Positions 1 to 10,289 of a stretch of 57,611 nucleotides of DNA are shown in pieces; the stretch's first letter is position 1, and every line of letters starts with the position of its first letter. The notes beneath the pieces were generated by a model. It made no database searches, was not told the origin of the DNA, and was given only the letters and a program-made list of their open reading frames with translations. The DNA is taken from the NCBI GenBank assembly GCA_022361275.1, contig JAKSBE010000589.1:1-57611 (forward strand), in the 5' to 3' direction. The translations under genes and the position numbers were made by a program. The stretch is from Kiloniellales bacterium (lineage in GTDB: Bacteria > Pseudomonadota > Alphaproteobacteria > Kiloniellales > JAKSBE01).

Positions 1-38
1 CGCCAGCTCCAGCAGAGCCGCGTCCGGCAGGTGGTGCA

Positions 39-1115
39 ATGAGCCGGACACGCCGACAGCTCGGCCTCTACGCCGCGGTCCTGGTCGCCGGGGTCGTGGC
101 GCCGCTGGTCTTTCCCGCCTACACCAACCAGCTCTCGGTGCTCTGGGTCATGATCCTCTTCGCCCTGACCTGGGACGTCATGGGCGGGCAGATGGGCTAC
201 AACTCGCTGGGCAACATCTTCTTCTTCGGCGCCGGGATGTACATCTGCGCCGTGGTGCAGATCGGCCTCTACTACGACGTCGGCGCCTACACCTCCGCCT
301 TCGGCGCGATCAAGGTCGACTTCACCTTCGACCAGTACTTCACCGGGCTGGCCGTGGGACTGGTCGTGGCCGCGTTTCTCTCCGCGCTCTTCGCCGTGGT
401 CTTCGGCTGGATCGTCTTCGGCCTGAGGGGGCCCTACTTCGCCATCGGCACCCTGGGCGTCGCGATCGCCGCCGGCGAGCTGGTCGGGGCCTGGACCTGG
501 GTCGGCGGCGGCGGCGGCATCTCCATGCCGACCTATCCCGGCGAGCCCGACACCCGCTCGCTGCTCTACTACTTCCTCTCGATGGCCGCCGCGATCGCCA
601 CCTTCTCCTTCCTGCGCTGGCTCTATGGCAAGCGTTTCAAACTGGCGATCAACGCGATCCGCGACGACGAGGAGAAGGCCGAGGCCATGGGGCTGCACAC
701 CGTGCGCCACAAGACCGTGGCCTGGGCCATAGCGGCTTTCTTCCTGGGCATTTCCGGCGGCATCTTCGGCAACATGATCGGCTTCATCGAGCCTCTGGAA
801 GTCGCCTTCCCGACGGTCACCTTCGGCATCTTCATGGTCGTCATGGCCCTGCTCGGCGGCAAGGGCACGCTTTGGGGACCCGTCCTGGGCGCGACCCTGT
901 TCCACGCGATCAAGGAGGTCACCTGGACCCATCTGGAAGGCTGGCAGTGGGTCGCCCTGGGCCTGATCCTGATCGTCAGCGTGGTCTATTTCCAGCAGGG
1001 CATCCTGGGCTGGGCCCAGGACCGCTGGCCGGAGTTCTTCGGCATCCGGGTCGAGGCCGCGCCGGCCGAGGAGAGCGAAGGGCCCGCCGGCATGCCGCAG
1101 AGGGCGGGCGAATGA
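39..1115 (+). CDS. livM: Branched-chain amino acid-type ABC transporter permease
   Basis: Multi-TM protein with GQMGYNSLG, LRGPYFAIGTL, AIRDDEEKAEAMG and GGKGTLWGPVLGA LivM motifs. Confidence 0.88.
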   Translation: MSRTRRQLGLYAAVLVAGVVAPLVFPAYTNQLSVLWVMILFALTWDVMGGQMGYNSLGNIFFFGAGMYICAVVQIGLYYDVGAYTSAFGAIKVDFTFDQYFTGLAVGLVVAAFLSALFAVVFGWIVFGLRGPYFAIGTLGVAIAAGELVGAWTWVGGGGGISMPTYPGEPDTRSLLYYFLSMAAAIATFSFLRWLYGKRFKLAINAIRDDEEKAEAMGLHTVRHKTVAWAIAAFFLGISGGIFGNMIGFIEPLEVAFPTVTFGIFMVVMALLGGKGTLWGPVLGATLFHAIKEVTWTHLEGWQWVALGLILIVSVVYFQQGILGWAQDRWPEFFGIRVEAAPAEESEGPAGMPQRAGE

Positions 1116-1855
1116 CGCCGCAGATCGAGGTCGAGAACGTCTCCAAGGCCTTCGGCGGCGTCCAGGCCAACCGCGACATCTCGCTTGCCGTGCCCCAGGG
1201 CCGCATCACCGGCTTGATCGGCCCCAACGGCTCGGGCAAGACGACACTGTTCAACTCGGTGGTCGGCTACCATCCCATCGACAGCGGCTCGATCCGCTTC
1301 GAGGGCCGGGAGATCTCCAAGCTGCGGGTGCCGCAGATCGCCCGTCTGGGCCTGCTGCGCACCTTCCAGCAGACCCGCATCTATTCCAAGATGAACTGCG
1401 TGGAGAACATGCTGATCTCGGTGCCGCACCGCAGCGGCGACTGGTCGACCATGTTCGGCGTGTTTCCAGCGGAGCTGACCGACAAGGCCGAGCACCTGCT
1501 TGAGTTCGTCGGCCTCTACAGCAAGCGCAAGCTGAACTCCGGTGATCTCTCCTTCGGCCAGCAGAAGCTGCTGGAGTTCGCCATGGCCCTGATGAACGAG
1601 CCCAAGACGCTGCTGCTCGACGAGCCGACGGCCGGGATCAACCCGACCCTGATCAACGGGCTGATCGACCGTCTGAAGCGGGCCAACGAGGAGTTCGGCA
1701 TCACGCTTTTCGTCATCGAGCACAATATGCGCGTCATCATGAACCTCGCCGAGCGCATCTACTGCCTGGCGCACGGCGAACTGCTGGCCGAGGGCACGCC
1801 CGAGGAGATCCGCAGCGACCAGCGGGTCGTCGACGCCTACCTGGGAGCGCATTGA
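1112..1855 (+). CDS. livG: ABC transporter ATP-binding protein (LivG-like)
   Basis: ATG at 1112 in an ATGA overlap with livM; Walker A GPNGSGKT, LSFGQQK signature, LLLDEP, C-terminal VVDAYLG. Confidence 0.9.
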   Translation: MTPQIEVENVSKAFGGVQANRDISLAVPQGRITGLIGPNGSGKTTLFNSVVGYHPIDSGSIRFEGREISKLRVPQIARLGLLRTFQQTRIYSKMNCVENMLISVPHRSGDWSTMFGVFPAELTDKAEHLLEFVGLYSKRKLNSGDLSFGQQKLLEFAMALMNEPKTLLLDEPTAGINPTLINGLIDRLKRANEEFGITLFVIEHNMRVIMNLAERIYCLAHGELLAEGTPEEIRSDQRVVDAYLGAH

Positions 1856-2736
1856 TGCCCGAATCCGAAGACCCGCAGAGGAGTGGCGACCAGCGGGTCA
1901 CCGGCTATGGCGGCGGCTCGGTCGGGACGGTGATCTCGGTCGAGGACGTCAACCGCCAGGCCGCGGCCATCGCCGAGGCCGGCGTCTCCGCAGGGCGGGT
2001 CGCCGAACTGGCCGGGCCCGAGCCCTTCGTCAAGATCGAGCGGCTGCGCGCCGGCTACGGCAAGATGGAGATCCTGCACGGCTTCAACCTGCAGGTCGCG
2101 CGCCGGCAATCGCTCTGCCTGATCGGCCCCAACGGCGCCGGCAAGTCGACCGTGCTGCATTCGATTTTCGGCTTCACCGACATCTTCGACGGCCGTATCT
2201 CCGTCGGCGGCAAGGACGTCACGCGGCTGTCCGCCAAGGACAAGCTCAAGACCGCGGGGATCGCCTACATCCTGCAGGACAAGTCGGTCTTCCCCGGCAT
2301 GACCGTCGAGGAGAACCTCTGGATGGGCGGCTATCTGATGGACAAGCCCCAGCGGGCCAAGGAGAAGGCCGAGGAGATTTTCGGCAAGTATCCGCGCCTG
2401 GCCGAACGGCGCGCGCACCCGGCCAAGGTGCTCTCCGGCGGCGAGCGCCGCCTGCTGGAGATTTCCCGTGCGCTGGTGATGGACCCCGAGGTCCTGCTGG
2501 TCGACGAGCCCTCGATCGGCCTCGAGCCGCGCTTCATCGACATGGTCTTCGAGATCCTTGACGATCTCCAGAGGGGCGAAGGCAAGACGATCATCATGGT
2601 CGAGCAGAACGCCAAGAAGGGGCTGGAGTTCGCCGACATCGGCTATGTCCTGGTCTCCGGCCAGCTTGCCATGGCGGGCCCGGGCAAGGCGCTGCTCGAG
2701 GACCCCGAGGTCGGCCGCCTGTTCCTCGGCGGCTGA
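1855..2736 (+). CDS. livF: ABC transporter ATP-binding protein (LivF-like) with N-terminal extension
   Basis: GPNGAGKST, LSGGE, LLVDEPS, VEQN; TGATG overlap with livG. Confidence 0.88.
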   Translation: MPESEDPQRSGDQRVTGYGGGSVGTVISVEDVNRQAAAIAEAGVSAGRVAELAGPEPFVKIERLRAGYGKMEILHGFNLQVARRQSLCLIGPNGAGKSTVLHSIFGFTDIFDGRISVGGKDVTRLSAKDKLKTAGIAYILQDKSVFPGMTVEENLWMGGYLMDKPQRAKEKAEEIFGKYPRLAERRAHPAKVLSGGERRLLEISRALVMDPEVLLVDEPSIGLEPRFIDMVFEILDDLQRGEGKTIIMVEQNAKKGLEFADIGYVLVSGQLAMAGPGKALLEDPEVGRLFLGG

Positions 2737-2775
2737 CGATGCCGAACAGCCAGGCATTCCGGCGCAGCCCGCCGA

Positions 2776-2808
2776 ATGTCATGCCCGGACCTGATCCGGC
2801 CATGACAT
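2776..2808. repeat. REP-like palindrome (GTCATGCCCGGA..TCCGG.CATGAC type)
   Basis: atgtcatg-c-ccgga-cctga-tccgg-c-catgacat hairpin just after livF. Confidence 0.5.
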
Positions 2809-2926
2809 AGCGGGTAACCTCGGGGCAGAATCGGAGCCGCCGGCATCAGCCAATCTTGTTCGCCTGCCGCCGGCCGAGCTAGGTTGGCAGCCTTGGACGG
2901 GTTTTCGACTTGGGAGGGTTTCAAGA

Positions 2927-3511
2927 ATGGAGATGTCCGGCGAATACCGCATCGCGGCGGCGCGGGAGAAAGTCTGGGCGGCCCTCAACGATCCGGCGGT
3001 GCTGAAACAGGCGATTCCCGGCTGCCAGGAGCTCGAGCGGACCGCGGACAACGAGTTCACCGCCAAGGTCCGTGCCAAGGTCGGCCCGGTCTCGGCCACC
3101 TTTACCGGCAAGGTCAACCTCGCCGACATGAACCCGCCGGAGAGCTACACCATCGCCGGCGAGGGCCAAGGCGGCGCCGCCGGCTTCGCCAAGGGCAGCG
3201 CGGCGATCCGGCTGAGCGAGGATGGCGTGGCGACCATTCTGAACTACGACGCCAAGGCGCAGGTGGGCGGCAAGCTGGCGCAGATCGGCTCGCGCCTGAT
3301 CGGCGGCACCGCGAAGAAGCTGGCCGACGAGTTCTTCGGTAACTTCAGCGACCTCGTGGCACCGGCCGCGGAAGAAGCCCCGGCCGAAGTGGTCGCTGCC
3401 CCGGAGGCTGCCCCTGCCGCCGAAAAGCGCGGACTGTCGCCGGCGATGTGGATCCTCGGCGTGGTCGTGGTCGTGGGCTTGCTTCTGATCCTCTTCAGCG
3501 GCGCCTTCTAA
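2927..3511 (+). CDS. coxG: CoxG family protein (SRPBCC domain with C-terminal membrane anchor)
   Basis: VWAALNDPAVLKQAIPGC, VGGKLAQIGSRLI; hydrophobic C-terminal tail. Confidence 0.9.
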   Translation: MEMSGEYRIAAAREKVWAALNDPAVLKQAIPGCQELERTADNEFTAKVRAKVGPVSATFTGKVNLADMNPPESYTIAGEGQGGAAGFAKGSAAIRLSEDGVATILNYDAKAQVGGKLAQIGSRLIGGTAKKLADEFFGNFSDLVAPAAEEAPAEVVAAPEAAPAAEKRGLSPAMWILGVVVVVGLLLILFSGAF

Positions 3512-3574
3512 AGCCGGATTCAGTCTTCTCAGAGGGGCCGCGCGCCGGCGCCGTCTGTTCAAGCGGATCGTGAG

Positions 3575-3604
3575 GAGATCGGCCGAGAGGCCGATTTCTT
3601 CTTT
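3575..3604 (+). terminator. Probable intrinsic terminator after coxG
   Basis: gagatcggcc-GAGA-ggccgatttc stem with a GNRA loop, followed by ttcttt. Confidence 0.6.
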
Positions 3605-3716
3605 GCGTTAACCAATTCTTTCATCCTCCGGCGCTCGATTCTCCTTGGCGCGCGGGACGTCGCACCGGCATGGCGGCGCCTCCGCGGGATCCGGTCCTGG
3701 GCGGCTGAAGTGCTGT

Positions 3717-6293
3717 ATGTTCCAGCTCCTTAGATACTTCTCCATCACGAGCGCGCTGGCGATCATCTGTATGACGCTGATCGCCGTCGTGCTGTACAGG
3801 AACAGCGCCATCGAGGAGGTCGTGGTCGCCGCGGAATCCCACAACGCCGCCCTCGCCCGCGCCCTCGCCAACACGCTCCTGCCGGACTTCGGCCGCCATG
3901 CCTCGACAATCGAAGAACAGGACGGCGACCGGCTCCGCGGCCGGCTGGAGACCGCCGAGTTGGACCGGCGGGTGAAGGCGCTGACCCGCGGCCTTCCCGT
4001 ATTGAGGATCCGGGTCTTCCGGACCGACGGCTTCACCGTCTATTCCTCGCAGGCCGACCAGATCGGCGAGCGGAAGGACAACGCAGGCTTCCGACGCGCC
4101 GCCGAGGACGGCAAGCCGGCCAGCCGGCACGGCTACCGGAGCAGGCTCAGCGCTTTCTCGGGCGAGTTGCAGAACCGGGACCTGGTCGAGAGTTACATCC
4201 CGATCGTCGGGCCGGACGGCGCTGTCGAAGCTGTCGTGGAGATCTACTCCGACGTCACCCTGGCCATGGCCCGGGTGACCAACAACACGATCAGCTACCT
4301 TGGCAGCCTGTTCCTGATCAGCCTTGCCCTCTACTCCCTGCTCTACGTGATCGTCCGGCGGGCGGACCGCATCCTGAACCGGCAGCACATCGAGCTGGAC
4401 GAGGCCAGGACCGGCCTGCAGGCGAAGAGCAGCCTGCTGGAGCAAGAGATCCAGCAGCGCCGCCGCGCGGAAGCCGCGCTCGAGGAAGTACAGCAGGACC
4501 TCGAGGTCCGGGTCGAGGAGCGGATCCGCGAGCTGCGCCGCGAGGTCACCGAGCGCCGTCAGGCGGAAACCGCGTTGCGCAACGCCAAGGAGGACGCCGA
4601 GGCCGCCAACCGCTCCAAGTCCGAGTTCCTGGCCAACATGAGCCATGAAATCCGGACCCCTCTGAACGGGATTATCGGCATGGCCGGCATGCTGCTCGAT
4701 TCCGACCTCGGCGAGGACGAGCACCACTACGCCGAGGTGATCCGCCATTCCGGCGAATCGCTGCTGGCGATCATCAACGATATCCTGGACTTCTCGAAGA
4801 TCGAAGCCGGCCGGCTGCAACTCGAGACCGTCGACTTCGACCTCCCGACCCTGCTCGACGGCGTGGTCCAGATCCTGACCCCCGAGGCCCACGGCAAGGG
4901 CCTGGCCCTGCCGGTCTTCCTCGACCCCGAGGTGCCGGGCCGGCTTTGCGGCGACGAGGCCCGGCTCCGGCAGATCCTGCTCAACCTGGTCGCCAATGCC
5001 ATCAAGTTCACCGGGGCCGGCGGTGTTACGACGCAGATTACGCTGCTGGACGACATCGCCGCCGAAAACAGCGTGGTCCTGAAGTTCGAGGTCATCGATT
5101 CAGGGATCGGGATCGCGACCCAGGCCCAAAACCGGATCTTCGAACAGTTCGCCCAGGTCGACAGCTCCACCTCCCGCCGGCACGGTGGCGCCGGCCTCGG
5201 GCTCGCCATCTGCAAGCGCCTGGTCGGCGCCATGGGGGGCGACCTGGGCGTGGTCAGCCAGCTGGGCGAAGGCAGCCGTTTCTGGTTCACCCTGCCCCTG
5301 GGCCGACAGGGCAGCCGGGCCGACGCGGACTGGCTCGGGAGCCTGCGAGGTATCTGTGCCGGGCTGAAAGTGCTGGTGGTCGACGACAATCCGGTCAACC
5401 GCCGCGCCTTCGAAGACCAACTGACCGTGCTCGGCTGCGCGACCACGGTTCTGCCCGACGCCCTTTCGGCGCTCGAGGCCCTGAAGGCGGCCGCGGAAGG
5501 CGACGCGCGCTTCGACATCGTCATCATCGATCATCTGATGCCCGGTACCGACGGAGGCGCCCTGTGCAAGATGATCCGGGCGGTGCCCGCGCTCGCGGAT
5601 CTCAAACTGGTCATCGCCTCGGTCGCCGGGCTGCGCAACAACGGCAAGGCGGCCCGCGAAATGGGCTTCGACGTGGCGCTGTCCAAGCCGCTGCGACCCA
5701 ACAGCCTCGTCAAGTGCCTGCGGGCGCTGCTGGCCGACGCACCCGCCGGAGCGGGCGAAGGCGTCTTGGTCCAGGCTGAAGCGGAGGCGCAACCCCGCGC
5801 GAAGATCCGGATTCTGCTTGCCGAGGACAACCCGGTCAACCAGCGGGTCATGATCGCCCTGCTCGCGAAGTCCGGCGTGCGGGTCGACGTCGCCGGCAAC
5901 GGGGTGGAGGCGATCGAGGCGGTGCGCAGCCGGCCCTACGACCTGATCCTGATGGATATCCAGATGCCCGAGCTGGACGGCGTGCAGGCCGCCCGCAGAA
6001 TCCGCGAGCTGGAAGGCGAGATGGGACACATCCCGATCATCGCCGTCACCGCCCACGCGATGAAGGGCGATCGCGAGAAGTACCTCCAGGCGGGCATGAA
6101 CGACTATCTGCCCAAGCCGATCAACCGCGCCGAGCTGCTGAGTAAGATCGACTATTGGGCCGAGTGGCGGCGCAACGAGCCCGATCCGGCCGGCACCGCG
6201 CCGGACCGGGCCGTCGAGACCGGCAGGACCGCGGCCCGGAAGAAACGCGGCAGCGGGACACGCAAGACGAAACGCCAACGCGGCACAGTCTGA
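3717..6293 (+). CDS. Membrane hybrid sensor histidine kinase (HisKA, HATPase, two receiver domains)
   Basis: Two TM segments; [16 protein letters not shown]-box; [22 protein letters not shown]; receivers VLVVDDN..IIDHLMP and ILLAEDN..LMDIQMP; start ATG 3717 inferred. Confidence 0.9.
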   Translation: MFQLLRYFSITSALAIICMTLIAVVLYRNSAIEEVVVAAESHNAALARALANTLLPDFGRHASTIEEQDGDRLRGRLETAELDRRVKALTRGLPVLRIRVFRTDGFTVYSSQADQIGERKDNAGFRRAAEDGKPASRHGYRSRLSAFSGELQNRDLVESYIPIVGPDGAVEAVVEIYSDVTLAMARVTNNTISYLGSLFLISLALYSLLYVIVRRADRILNRQHIELDEARTGLQAKSSLLEQEIQQRRRAEAALEEVQQDLEVRVEERIRELRREVTERRQAETALRNAKEDAEAANRSKSEFLANMSHEIRTPLNGIIGMAGMLLDSDLGEDEHHYAEVIRHSGESLLAIINDILDFSKIEAGRLQLETVDFDLPTLLDGVVQILTPEAHGKGLALPVFLDPEVPGRLCGDEARLRQILLNLVANAIKFTGAGGVTTQITLLDDIAAENSVVLKFEVIDSGIGIATQAQNRIFEQFAQVDSSTSRRHGGAGLGLAICKRLVGAMGGDLGVVSQLGEGSRFWFTLPLGRQGSRADADWLGSLRGICAGLKVLVVDDNPVNRRAFEDQLTVLGCATTVLPDALSALEALKAAAEGDARFDIVIIDHLMPGTDGGALCKMIRAVPALADLKLVIASVAGLRNNGKAAREMGFDVALSKPLRPNSLVKCLRALLADAPAGAGEGVLVQAEAEAQPRAKIRILLAEDNPVNQRVMIALLAKSGVRVDVAGNGVEAIEAVRSRPYDLILMDIQMPELDGVQAARRIRELEGEMGHIPIIAVTAHAMKGDREKYLQAGMNDYLPKPINRAELLSKIDYWAEWRRNEPDPAGTAPDRAVETGRTAARKKRGSGTRKTKRQRGTV

Positions 6294-6350
6294 CCGTCGG
6301 ACCGCGCGGCCCTTCTCTTCCCAGCCCGTTCCGGCCGCCCGATTCCCCAG

Positions 6351-6377
6351 GCCCGGCGCCGGTCCCGGGTTTTTCTT
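6351..6377 (+). terminator. Possible intrinsic terminator after the hybrid kinase
   Basis: gcccgg..ccgggt short stem followed by ttttctt. Confidence 0.35.
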
Positions 6378-6525
6378 AGTGACGCGCTGGCGGTGCCTTG
6401 GTACATGATTAACGACGCCATCGGGCGCGGTTGCAGCCGTGATCGCGGCGGCGGTGCGGGAAAGTATCCGTAGCGAGAACGGCCCGGAAAAGGGCCGCGG
6501 ATCAGTCGAATGGGAGGAGATCCGA

Positions 6526-6993
<468 letters not shown>

Positions 6994-6996
6994 GCC

Positions 6997-9363
6997 ATGC
7001 CTGACACAGGAATCGGCGCCAGCGTTCGCCGCAAGGAAGACCAGCGCTTTCTCACCGGCAAGGGCCGCTACACCGACGATCTCAACCGGCCCGGCCAGAT
7101 CCACGCCGTCTTCGTGCGCTCGCCGCACGCCCATGCCACGGTCGCCTCGATCAAGACCGATGCCGCGGCGGCCGCGCCCGGCGTCATCGCCGTCTTCACC
7201 GGCAAGGACATGGAGGCCGACGGCGTCGGCTCCCTGCCTTGCGGCTGGACCGTGACCGACAAGCACGGCGAGGCGCACAAGGCGCCGCCGCACTTCCCCC
7301 TGGTCCGCGACAAGGTGCGCTACGTCGGCGACCACGTCGCCGTGGTCCTGGCCGAGAGCGCGGCCGCGGCGACCGATGCCGCGGAACTGGTCGAGGTCGA
7401 CTACGAGGTCCTGCCGGTCAACGTCGATCCGACCAAGGCCATGGACGAACCGCTGCTGCACGACGAGGCGCCGAGCAACCTCTGCTACGACTGGGAACTG
7501 GGCGACCAGGCCGCGGTCGACGAGGCCATGTCGCGGGCGGCCCACGTCACCAAGCTGGACCTTGTCAACAATCGCCTGATCCCCAACGCCATCGAGCCGC
7601 GGGCGGCGATCGCCGAATACGACACCGGCACCGACAGCTACACGCTCTATTCGACCAGCCAGAACCCGCATCTGCTGCGGCTGATCCTCTGTGCCTTCGT
7701 GCTCGGCATCCCGGAATCGAAGCTGCGGGTCATCGCCCCCGACGTCGGAGGCGGCTTCGGCTCCAAGATCTATTGCTATGCCGAAGAGACGGTCTGCACC
7801 TGGGCCGCGAAGAGGACCGGCCGGCCGGTGAAGTGGACGGGCGATCGCTCGGAAGCCTTCCTGGCCGACGCCCACGGCCGCGACCACGTCACCCAGGTCG
7901 AGCTGGGCATGGATGCCGAGGGCAAGTTCGTCGCCATGAAGGTCGACACCACCGCCAACCTCGGCGCCTACCTCTCGAACTTCGCGACCAGCATTCCGAC
8001 CTATCTCTACGCGACCCTCCTGGCGGGTCAGTACACGACCCCGGTCATCTACTGCAACGTCAAGGCGGTCTTCACCAACACCGCTCCGGTCGATGCCTAT
8101 CGCGGCGCCGGCCGGCCGGAGGCGACCTACGTGATCGAGCGGATCGTCGAGGCCGCCGCGCGTGAGCTGGGGGTCGATCCGGCGGAGCTGCGCAAGCGCA
8201 ACTTCATCCCGCCGGACGCCTTCCCCTATGCCACGCCGGTGGCCCTGACCTACGACTCCGGCCAGTACGAGCTGGCGCTGAACAAGGCGCTGGAGCTGAT
8301 CGACTACGGCGGCTTCCCGGCCCGCCGCGAGGCCTCCAAGGCCAAGGGCAAGCTGCGCGGTATCGGCTTCTCCGCCTATATCGAGGCCTGCGGCATCGCG
8401 CCCTCGGCGGTCGTGGGCTCCCTGGGCGCGGGCGTCGGCCTCTACGAGTCCGGGCAGGTGCGTTTCAACCCGACCGGCACCGTCTCGGTCTTCACCGGGT
8501 CGCACAGCCACGGCCAGGGCCACGAGACCACCTTCTCGCAACTGGTCTCCGACACCCTGGGCGTGCCCATCGAGAACGTCGAGATCGTCCACGGCGACAC
8601 CGGGTCGATCCCCTTCGGCATGGGCACCTACGGCTCGCGCTCGCTGGCCGTCGGCGGCTCGGCGCTCAGCAAGGCCTGCGACAAGATCATCGAGAAGGGC
8701 AAGAAGATCGCCGCGCACCTGATGGAGGCCTCGGTCGACGACATCGAGTTCGACCGGGGCACCTTCCGGGTCGCCGGCACCGACAAGGAGAAGACCATCG
8801 GCGAGATCGCCTTCACCGCCTACGTCCCGCACAACTACCCGGAGGACCTGGAGCCGGGCCTCGACGAGACCTCCTTCTACGATCCGCTGAACTTCACCTA
8901 TCCGGCGGGGACCCATATCTGCGAGCTGGAGATCGACCCTGAGACCGGCGTGATCGAGATCGTGGATTGGGCCGCGGTCGACGACTTCGGCAAGGTGATC
9001 AACCCGATGATCGTCGAAGGCCAGGTCCATGGCGGCATCGCCCAAGGCGTCGGCCAGGCCATGCTCGAGAACTGCGTCTACGACGCCGAGGGCCAGCTCC
9101 TGACCGGCTCCTACATGGACTATTGCATGCCGCGGGCCGACGACCTGCCGTCCTTCAAGGTCGAGACCACCGAGACGCCCTGCCCGCACAATCCCTTGGG
9201 AGTCAAGGGCTGCGGCGAGGCAGGTGCGATCGCGGCGCCCGCGGCCTTCATGAACGCGGTGACCGACGCCCTGGGGACCGAGGACATCGCCATGCCGGCC
9301 AGCCCGGAGAAGGTCTGGCGGATCGCAGCACAGGCGGCCCAGGCGGCCCAGGGCGCCGAGTAA
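6997..9363 (+). CDS. coxL: Form II CoxL / xanthine dehydrogenase family molybdopterin subunit
   Basis: VGGGFGSK, active-site loop AYRGAGR (form II), GQGHET, TYGSRS, KGCGEAG; S-L-M gene order. Confidence 0.9.
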   Translation: MPDTGIGASVRRKEDQRFLTGKGRYTDDLNRPGQIHAVFVRSPHAHATVASIKTDAAAAAPGVIAVFTGKDMEADGVGSLPCGWTVTDKHGEAHKAPPHFPLVRDKVRYVGDHVAVVLAESAAAATDAAELVEVDYEVLPVNVDPTKAMDEPLLHDEAPSNLCYDWELGDQAAVDEAMSRAAHVTKLDLVNNRLIPNAIEPRAAIAEYDTGTDSYTLYSTSQNPHLLRLILCAFVLGIPESKLRVIAPDVGGGFGSKIYCYAEETVCTWAAKRTGRPVKWTGDRSEAFLADAHGRDHVTQVELGMDAEGKFVAMKVDTTANLGAYLSNFATSIPTYLYATLLAGQYTTPVIYCNVKAVFTNTAPVDAYRGAGRPEATYVIERIVEAAARELGVDPAELRKRNFIPPDAFPYATPVALTYDSGQYELALNKALELIDYGGFPARREASKAKGKLRGIGFSAYIEACGIAPSAVVGSLGAGVGLYESGQVRFNPTGTVSVFTGSHSHGQGHETTFSQLVSDTLGVPIENVEIVHGDTGSIPFGMGTYGSRSLAVGGSALSKACDKIIEKGKKIAAHLMEASVDDIEFDRGTFRVAGTDKEKTIGEIAFTAYVPHNYPEDLEPGLDETSFYDPLNFTYPAGTHICELEIDPETGVIEIVDWAAVDDFGKVINPMIVEGQVHGGIAQGVGQAMLENCVYDAEGQLLTGSYMDYCMPRADDLPSFKVETTETPCPHNPLGVKGCGEAGAIAAPAAFMNAVTDALGTEDIAMPASPEKVWRIAAQAAQAAQGAE

Positions 9364-9376
9364 GGGAGGACGTGCC

Positions 9377-10171
9377 ATGTATGAGTTCAACTACCATCGT
9401 CCCGCCAGCCTCGATGCGGCCGCCAGCGCGCTGAGCGGCGCCGGCGAAGGCAAGCTCGTCGCCGGCGGCATGACGCTGATCCCGACGCTGAAGCAGCGCC
9501 TGGCCCAGCCCTCGGACCTGATCGACCTCAGTGCGGTCGCCGACCTCAAGGGCATCTTCGAGGACGGCGGCGGCATCGTGATCGGGGCCATGACCACCCA
9601 TGCCGAGGTGGCAGGCGACGCCACCGTCAGGGCCAAGATCCCGGCCCTCGCCGATCTGGCCGAAGGCATCGGCGACGTCCAGGTGCGCAACCGCGGCACG
9701 ATCGGCGGCTCGATCGCCAACGCCGATCCGGCGGCCGACTACCCGGGCGGCCTGGTCGGCCTGGGCGCGACGGTCCGGACAAACAAGCGCGAGATCGCCG
9801 CCGACGACTTCTTCACCGGGATGTTCGAGACCGCGCTGGCCGAGGACGAAATCGTCACCGCCGTGGCCTTCCCGGTGCCGGACAAGGCGGCCTACGTCAA
9901 GTTCGCCAACCCGGCCTCGCGATACGCCGTCGTCGGCGTCATGGTCAGCCAGGGCACGGCCGGGGTCCGCGTCGCGGTGACCGGCGCCGGGCCCTCGGTC
10001 TTCCGGGTCGCCGAGATGGAATCGGCCCTGGCCTCGAACTTCTCGGCCGCCGCCATCGAAAGCATCTCGGTGCCGGCCGATGGCCTCAACAGCGACATCC
10101 ATGCCAGCGCCGAGTACCGCGCCCACCTGGTGGGAGTCATGGCCCGTCGGGCGACCGCTGCCGCGGGCTGA
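9377..10171 (+). CDS. coxM: Molybdenum hydroxylase FAD-binding medium subunit
   Basis: AGGMTLIP, QVRNRGTIGGSIANADP, SDIHASAEYR. Confidence 0.92.
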   Translation: MYEFNYHRPASLDAAASALSGAGEGKLVAGGMTLIPTLKQRLAQPSDLIDLSAVADLKGIFEDGGGIVIGAMTTHAEVAGDATVRAKIPALADLAEGIGDVQVRNRGTIGGSIANADPAADYPGGLVGLGATVRTNKREIAADDFFTGMFETALAEDEIVTAVAFPVPDKAAYVKFANPASRYAVVGVMVSQGTAGVRVAVTGAGPSVFRVAEMESALASNFSAAAIESISVPADGLNSDIHASAEYRAHLVGVMARRATAAAG

Positions 10172-10198
10172 CGACAGGAGGTCCTTGCTTCGCTTGCA

Positions 10199-10241
10199 AG
10201 ACCCGGTGGTCCTGCGCAGGGACCGCCGGGTCTCGGCTTTT
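10199..10241 (+). terminator. Stem-loop / probable terminator after coxM
   Basis: agacccggtggtcc...ggaccgccgggtct 14-bp stem, then cggctttt. Confidence 0.45.
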
Positions 10242-10289
10242 CGGCGCTGCCAACACGGGCCGCCTTTCGCGGCTCAGGGCTAGAGGATC

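Noticed and set aside
3608-3622. CtrA box upstream of the hybrid kinase
   Set aside because: TTAA-N7-TTTC has two mismatches; too weak to call
6997-9363. True aerobic CO dehydrogenase (form I)
   Set aside because: Active-site loop is AYRGAGR, not AYXCSFR, and the order is S-L-M
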